Source: an uncultured Deinococcales bacterium
GTDB taxonomy: Bacteria > Deinococcota > Deinococci > Deinococcales > JAAFIG01
Assembly: GCA_964244895.1 (NCBI GenBank)
Contig: CAXTKV010000084.1
Coordinates: forward strand, 1 to 20,484
DNA: 20,484 nucleotides
Direction: 5' to 3'
The position numbers and the translations under genes were made by a program. The notes below the pieces were generated by a model, which worked only from the letters and a program-made list of their open reading frames with translations, did no database searches and was not told where the DNA came from. Each line of letters begins with the position of its first letter. Position 1 is the stretch's first letter. Below, in pieces: positions 16,947 through 20,484 of this stretch.

Positions 16947-17717
16947 TTAATTGTGGGTCACGCCGGAGCGTTTGTGGTGATCCATGCCGACCGCGACCTT
17001 CAAGAGCAGCTGGTCGATCGGCGTGTCGATGGTGCTGCGCTCGCCCGTCGCGGCGTTCAGGCCGCGCAGGACGAATTCCGCGCCCTGATCGGCCTCGACC
17101 GCCGTGAAGGTCATCAAGAGGGCGTCCTCGCCGACCTTGCCCTGGTACGTGGCGTGCGTCACGCGGCCAGAGCGGATCGTGACCCTGGCTTCCGCCTTGG
17201 CCAGTTGAATGCACAGATCGCCCGATTTCTGCCCGTGGGTCAGGGAAACGATCAGGTCGAACAGGCTCAAGACCTCGAAGGTTCCGGTCAGTTGCGGGTC
17301 GTTGGTCGTGGGGCGCAAGCTGCCTTTCTCGAAGCGATCCGCCTCGAGCACGCCGAGGTTGACCAGCATCGTGCGGCAGACGCCAGAAATCTCGTCGGGA
17401 CTGGCCTGCGCCTCCAGGACGACATCGAGCGCACCCGTCAAGCGCGCCGTCGGGTCGAGCATCACGAAGACGGTGTTGGTCAGGTTCGGTTCGCTGCGCA
17501 CGATCTCGTGCATTTCCAGACCGCTCATGCCGCCCGCGTCGGTTCCGCAGATGATCGCGTCGGGGCGCTCGCGTTCCAGCGAAGTCAGGGCTTGAAGCGC
17601 GTCAGACATGGTTTCGCACTGAACATCCTGGCTCGAGAAACGAGCCTCGATCGCCATCGCCCGGTCGATATCACCAGTCAGCACAAGGATTCGAGGTGTT
17701 TTTAGGGCGCTCGTCAC
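16947..17717 (-). CDS. Receiver-like domain plus DUF4388 (PatA-N-like) domain protein
   Basis: CheY-like N-terminus (RILVL...EREPDAII-type segment, GMSGLEM) and LTGTFEVLSLFDLIVSL...KSGDL...GRVTHA...GEDAL typical of DUF4388. GTG 17717 has TACCAT 6 nt upstream; the ORF-track start at 17888 overlaps the neighbouring gene. Confidence 0.82.
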   Translation of the reverse strand: MTSALKTPRILVLTGDIDRAMAIEARFSSQDVQCETMSDALQALTSLERERPDAIICGTDAGGMSGLEMHEIVRSEPNLTNTVFVMLDPTARLTGALDVVLEAQASPDEISGVCRTMLVNLGVLEADRFEKGSLRPTTNDPQLTGTFEVLSLFDLIVSLTHGQKSGDLCIQLAKAEARVTIRSGRVTHATYQGKVGEDALLMTFTAVEADQGAEFVLRGLNAATGERSTIDTPIDQLLLKVAVGMDHHKRSGVTHN

Positions 17718-17799
17718 AACTACATGGTACAAGACGAAAATAAAACTGCAGTAAAGAATACCAACTTGAGTCCAAATTGGATTTTCGTCAGGCGAACAC

Positions 17800-18402
17800 C
17801 TACGGTATGACCGGATCGAGCGAACTCGGGCCACCGTAGGTCGTTCTGATGATGCTCGGCTTGCCTTTTCCCTGCTCTGGTACGACAAAAATCGTCATGT
17901 CCTGATAGCGGTTCGGCGGGTCGCCGACGCCGCCCAGCAGGCGGTAAATGTCTTCCAGGGTGCCGTTCGTGCCCAGGTTCGGCGCGCCCTGATTGCCGAC
18001 CCACAAGACCACACCGCCCGCGTGTTTGCTCAACCACTCCTTGACCAGCGCGTTGGCCAGGTTCTTCGTGTCCACCAGTTGCGTCAAGTCCACGATGGCG
18101 GGTGCCAAACCCAGTTTGTTCGCCAACGGCTGCACCGTCTGGCGGTTCCGGATGTAGTCGACGGTGTAGATCGCGGTCACGCCGTTCTGCCCCAGGACGT
18201 TGGCGAGCACCTGCGCCCGCGCCTGCCCTTCGGCGTTTAACGGCGGGTCACTTCCCGGATCGCGTTCAGCGTGTCGCACCATGATGATCGTGGTCGTCGT
18301 GCCCGGCTGCGAGATGATCGGCGGCGTGGGGACGTTGCAGGCGACCATCGAGCAGGCCAGAAAAAACGCGAGGAACGCTCGAGAAGCACGACTTGAGAGC
18401 AT
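17800..18402 (-). CDS. Histidine phosphatase (SixA/phosphoglycerate mutase-like) family lipoprotein
   Basis: Signal peptide with lipobox-like MVAC, IIMVRHAE, PPLNAEGQARA, RNRQT; TACAGT 5 nt before the ATG. Confidence 0.85.
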   Translation of the reverse strand: MLSSRASRAFLAFFLACSMVACNVPTPPIISQPGTTTTIIMVRHAERDPGSDPPLNAEGQARAQVLANVLGQNGVTAIYTVDYIRNRQTVQPLANKLGLAPAIVDLTQLVDTKNLANALVKEWLSKHAGGVVLWVGNQGAPNLGTNGTLEDIYRLLGGVGDPPNRYQDMTIFVVPEQGKGKPSIIRTTYGGPSSLDPVIP

Positions 18403-18446
18403 GGCTGACTGTACAACCCAGACGGGAACTCTGCGGTTTAGTCCCG

Positions 18447-18508
18447 AGGAACACCGTCCTGGACGGTGTTCTCTGAATTATAGAAAGATCGTGCTGGACG
18501 GTGTAGTC
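18447..18508. repeat. Palindromic intergenic repeat, 62-bp composite form (copy K)
   Basis: aggaacaccgtcc-t-ggacggtgttctc (18447-18473), a spacer, then tcgtgctggacggtgtagtc. Confidence 0.92.
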
Positions 18509-18532
18509 CATAGCCGCCATTCGCACGACTAG

Positions 18533-18560
18533 GGCTCGAGCGTACCGGTACGCTCGAGCC
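18533..18560. repeat. Perfect 28-bp palindrome with no spacer
   Basis: ggctcgagcgtacc|ggtacgctcgagcc equals its own reverse complement. Confidence 0.95.
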
Positions 18561-18678
18561 ACGCGGAAATCTGGGGCGGGACTGGCACCGATTGCGTTTC
18601 GGGATTCGGCGAATTCGAGTTCTCCCCTGCCCGATCCCTGTCGTTGGTTCTCGAGGGCAACTGAACCGTTGTCCTCGA

Positions 18679-18729
18679 GAAAACACCGTTCTGAACGGTT
18701 TACCTGAGAAAAACGCCGTCCTATACGCA
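18679..18729. repeat. Degenerate 27-bp short form of the repeat plus a lone left arm
   Basis: gaaaacaccgttc-t-gaacggtttacct (18679-18705), followed by aaaaacgccgtcctatacgca from 18709. Confidence 0.65.
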
Positions 18730-18736
18730 GCAAATG

Positions 18737-18773
18737 AATCATTTCACAATTATTCCCGGCTTGTGAATTGATT
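18737..18773. promoter_or_regulatory. AT-rich inverted repeat upstream of ilvD, candidate operator
   Basis: aatcatttcacaa-N11-ttgtgaattgatt (12 of 13 complementary); TAGAAT and a GGAGG RBS follow before ATG 18860. Confidence 0.5.
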
Positions 18774-18859
18774 ATCCCGTTTCCAACACGCGAACGCCGA
18801 ACCTCGATTCGAGAACCTTCACCGAGCGCGTTAGAATTCTGACGGAAACGGAGGAAACC

Positions 18860-20484
18860 ATGCGCTCTGACCGCATCAAACAAGGCCCCCAACAGGCCCC
18901 AGCGCGATCCATGCTCCGCGCTGTCGGCCTTCAAGACAACGATTTCAAGATCCCGTGGGTGGGGATCGTCAACACCTGGACGGAAGGCATGCCGTGCAAC
19001 TTTCACCTCAGGGATCTGGCCGTAGACCTCAAGGTGGGCTGCCGCGAGGCTGGCCTGCACCCGTTCGAGTTCGGCGCACCCGCCATCAGTGACGGCATCA
19101 GCATGGGCACGCCCGGAATGCGCGCGAGCCTGGTGTCCAGGGAAGTCATCGCGGATTCGGTTGAACTGATCGCGCAGGGCTACATGTACGACGGCATGGT
19201 CGCGCTGGTGGCCTGCGACAAGACCAACCCCGGCGGCATGATGGGCGTGATCCGCGCCGACGTGCCCAGCCTGGTGCTGTACGGCGGAAGCATCGCGCCC
19301 GGCTACCTGAACGGCAAGGGTCAAACCATCGTCAGCGTCTTCGAGGCCGTCGGGCAGCACGCGGCGGGCAAGATCGACGACGCCGGACTGGACGCCGTGG
19401 AACGCAGCGCCATCCCCGGCGTGGGCGCGTGCGGCGGGCAGTACACGGCCAACACGATGGCGATGGTGCTCGAGGTGATGGGCTTCACGCCCGTCGGGTA
19501 CAACTCGATTCCGGCGGTGTCGCCGGAGAAAAAAGACGCCACCAGGCGCGCGGGGCACGTGCTGGCGGAGGCGATCAAACACAACCGCACGCCGAAATCC
19601 TTCTTGACGCGCCAGTCCTTTCTGAACGCCATCGCTGCGGTGGCCGCCACGGGCGGCAGCACCAACGCCGTGTTGCACCTGCTGGCCGTCGCGCACGAAG
19701 CGAACATTGAACTGTCACTGGATGATTTTGACGAGGTTTCCCGGCGCACGCCTGTGATCGCCAACATGCGACCGTGGGGCACGTACACGGCCTGGGAACT
19801 CTGGGAAGCGGGCGGCATTCCGTTGATCATCAAGCGCCTGATCGAGGGCCAGATGATCGACGGCGAGCAGATGACCATCACCGGAAAAACCCTGCGCGAG
19901 GAATCCGAGAACGCCCAGGAGACGCCCGGTCAGCAGGTCGTGGTGACCCGAGAAAACGCCTTCAAGCCCACCGGCGGATTGTTGGTGCTCAAAGGATCGC
20001 TGGCGCCCGATGGAGCGGTGCTCAAGCTGGCGGGGACGGAACGCTTGCAGTTCAGAGGCCCCGCGCGGGTCTTCAATGGCGAGCCGGACGCGATGAAAGC
20101 CGTGCTGCAAAAACGCATCAAGCCCGGCGATGTCGTCGTGATCCGCTACGAGGGCCCAAAGGGCGCACCCGGCATGCCGGAAATGCTGTCCGTCACCAGC
20201 GCCATCGTCGGTGAGGGACTGGGGCCGGAGGTGGCGCTCGTGACCGACGGGCGCTTCAGCGGCGGCACGAAAGGCTTGATGATCGGGCACGTCTCGCCCG
20301 AAGCCCAGGTCGGCGGCCCGATCGGGCTGATCGAGGAGGGAGACATCATCAGCATCGACTGCGAGACGGGCGCGCTCGAGATCGAAGTCGACGTGGCGAC
20401 CTTCGACGCGCGCAGGCACCTCTGGAAAGCCCCGGAACTCGAGTTCAAACAGGGCCTGTTCGCGCGCTACGCCAGGCTGGTGTC
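18860..20484 (+). CDS. ilvD: Dihydroxy-acid dehydratase (3' end outside the window; absent from the ORF track)
   Basis: Manual translation: MRSDRIKQGPQQAPARSMLRAVG...GMPCNFHL...ACDKTNPG...GACGGQYTANTM...GGSTNAVLHL...YEGPKGAPGMPEML...TDGRFSGG; GGAGG RBS. Confidence 0.97.
   Translation, partial: MRSDRIKQGPQQAPARSMLRAVGLQDNDFKIPWVGIVNTWTEGMPCNFHLRDLAVDLKVGCREAGLHPFEFGAPAISDGISMGTPGMRASLVSREVIADSVELIAQGYMYDGMVALVACDKTNPGGMMGVIRADVPSLVLYGGSIAPGYLNGKGQTIVSVFEAVGQHAAGKIDDAGLDAVERSAIPGVGACGGQYTANTMAMVLEVMGFTPVGYNSIPAVSPEKKDATRRAGHVLAEAIKHNRTPKSFLTRQSFLNAIAAVAATGGSTNAVLHLLAVAHEANIELSLDDFDEVSRRTPVIANMRPWGTYTAWELWEAGGIPLIIKRLIEGQMIDGEQMTITGKTLREESENAQETPGQQVVVTRENAFKPTGGLLVLKGSLAPDGAVLKLAGTERLQFRGPARVFNGEPDAMKAVLQKRIKPGDVVVIRYEGPKGAPGMPEMLSVTSAIVGEGLGPEVALVTDGRFSGGTKGLMIGHVSPEAQVGGPIGLIEEGDIISIDCETGALEIEVDVATFDARRHLWKAPELEFKQGLFARYARLV

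Noticed and set aside
17468..17476. gacggtgtt inside the DUF4388 gene
   Set aside because: Only a 9-nt match to one repeat arm with no partner arm; compatible with chance.
17718..17888. N-terminal extension of the DUF4388 protein
   Set aside because: It overlaps the phosphatase gene in another frame; GTG 17717 with an upstream TACCAT fits better.
1306..18729. CRISPR array interpretation of the recurring palindrome
   Set aside because: Copies are dispersed one or two per intergenic gap, separated by whole genes and in both orientations. There is no regular repeat-spacer period and no cas gene.
18266..20448. Long minus-strand ORFs (476, 234, 186 aa etc.)
   Set aside because: Antisense shadows of ilvD on the + strand, as expected in high-GC DNA.

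Overview
GC-rich bacterial chromosomal window, most likely Deinococcota: IlvD looks Thermus/Deinococcus-like and several genes have a TANNNT -10 box 5-7 nt before the start codon, typical of leaderless mRNAs. The genes are mostly housekeeping or catabolic: nucleoside-type ABC ATPase (5' partial), AEC transporter, acyl-CoA dehydrogenase, etfBA, GH1 beta-glucosidase, yybP-ykoY riboswitch plus TerC/Alx, aldehyde dehydrogenase, GcvT-family FAD oxidoreductase, choline-kinase-like protein, metallophosphoesterase, pseudo-receiver/DUF4388 protein, histidine-phosphatase lipoprotein and ilvD (3' partial, missing from the ORF track). The unexplained structure is mostly non-coding. (1) A palindromic repeat family with arms GAGAACACCGTC...GACGGTGTTCTC occupies most intergenic gaps (13 loci) in three fixed-length forms of 52, 27 and 62 bp. 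(2) The hexamer CTCGAG is strongly over-represented (about 80 copies by manual count), HIP1-like, and anchors several intergenic hairpins. (3) The acd-etfBA run is interrupted by repeat / orphan MazE-like antitoxin / repeat / AT-rich putative PD-(D/E)XK nuclease gene. All counts and alignments were made by eye; no database search was run.
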